A stretch of DNA of 63,926 nt, counting the filler, from Intoshia linei (taxonomy: Eukaryota; Animalia; Orthonectida), in assembly GCA_001642005.1 (NCBI GenBank). It is 5 parts of 5 records of this genome, joined end to end, with 100 filler letters (N's around TTAATTAATTAA, not from the genome) between each part and the next. Parts side by side here need not be neighbours in the genome. Positions count along the whole stretch, not along the records: positions 62,492 to 63,926 come from LWCA01002614.1; 4 more parts are not named here. The stretch is one strand, 5' to 3'. Both the position numbers and the translations under genes were made by a program. Under the pieces are notes generated by a model, which did no database searches, had not been told where the DNA came from, and worked only from the letters and a program-made list of their open reading frames with translations. The number at the start of each line of letters is the position of its first letter. Position 1 is the stretch's first letter. Shown in pieces: positions 63,607 to 63,926 of this stretch.

Positions 63607-63926
63607 TTTAATTTTATATCATTAATTTATTAATTATAAGATTGATAAATAAAATAGTGTCACTAGGACTACTTGCAATAATATTAGTGTATGTGTCTAG
63701 CTATGCTAAACTACTTTCCATTCATGTGTAAAAATTTTTATGTGTTTTAACAAGATTATTTAATTGTTCAAGCCAAGAATTTAAGCTGTGGATTAATCAT
63801 GAAACTTAAGATAAAAGATTAAATAGACGAGAGGATATTATTTTATGAGTTTATGGTTTTGTTGATTTAAAAATTTATTTTAATTGAATAGAAATTCTAA
63901 TAATTCAGTTATTCACAGTACAATTA

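Overview
A very AT-rich eukaryotic (animal) genomic scaffold, not prokaryotic. It has many tiny GT-AG introns (~36-60 nt) and four scaffold gaps carrying an artificial TTAATTAATTAA linker. The style fits a compact parasitic invertebrate genome such as the orthonectid Intoshia, but that is inference only. 0.5-17 kb is a tightly packed block of housekeeping genes: the 3' part of TBCK, UTP3/SAS10, AFG1L with an intronless GPKOW nested in one intron on the same strand, UBE2V and a PDE2-type phosphodiesterase. 24-30 kb holds four symmetric phase-1 exons encoding Cys-rich CxxC repeats; one duplicated unit has conserved intron flanks but a strongly diverged exon. 30.5-51.4 kb contains no recognisable host gene. 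It is a run of decayed DNA transposons interleaved with a nodavirus-like endogenous viral element, a picorna-like SF3-helicase element, a 28S rRNA pseudo-fragment and an orphan decayed ORF fused to it. 13 of the 14 orientable fragments there lie on the same strand, which suggests a uni-strand piRNA-cluster-like antiviral/anti-TE locus. 52.9-58.7 kb holds the 5' part of PSMB7 and PTCD2, and further TE remnants end the window. All homology calls come from manual translation and recalled family motifs; no database search was run.
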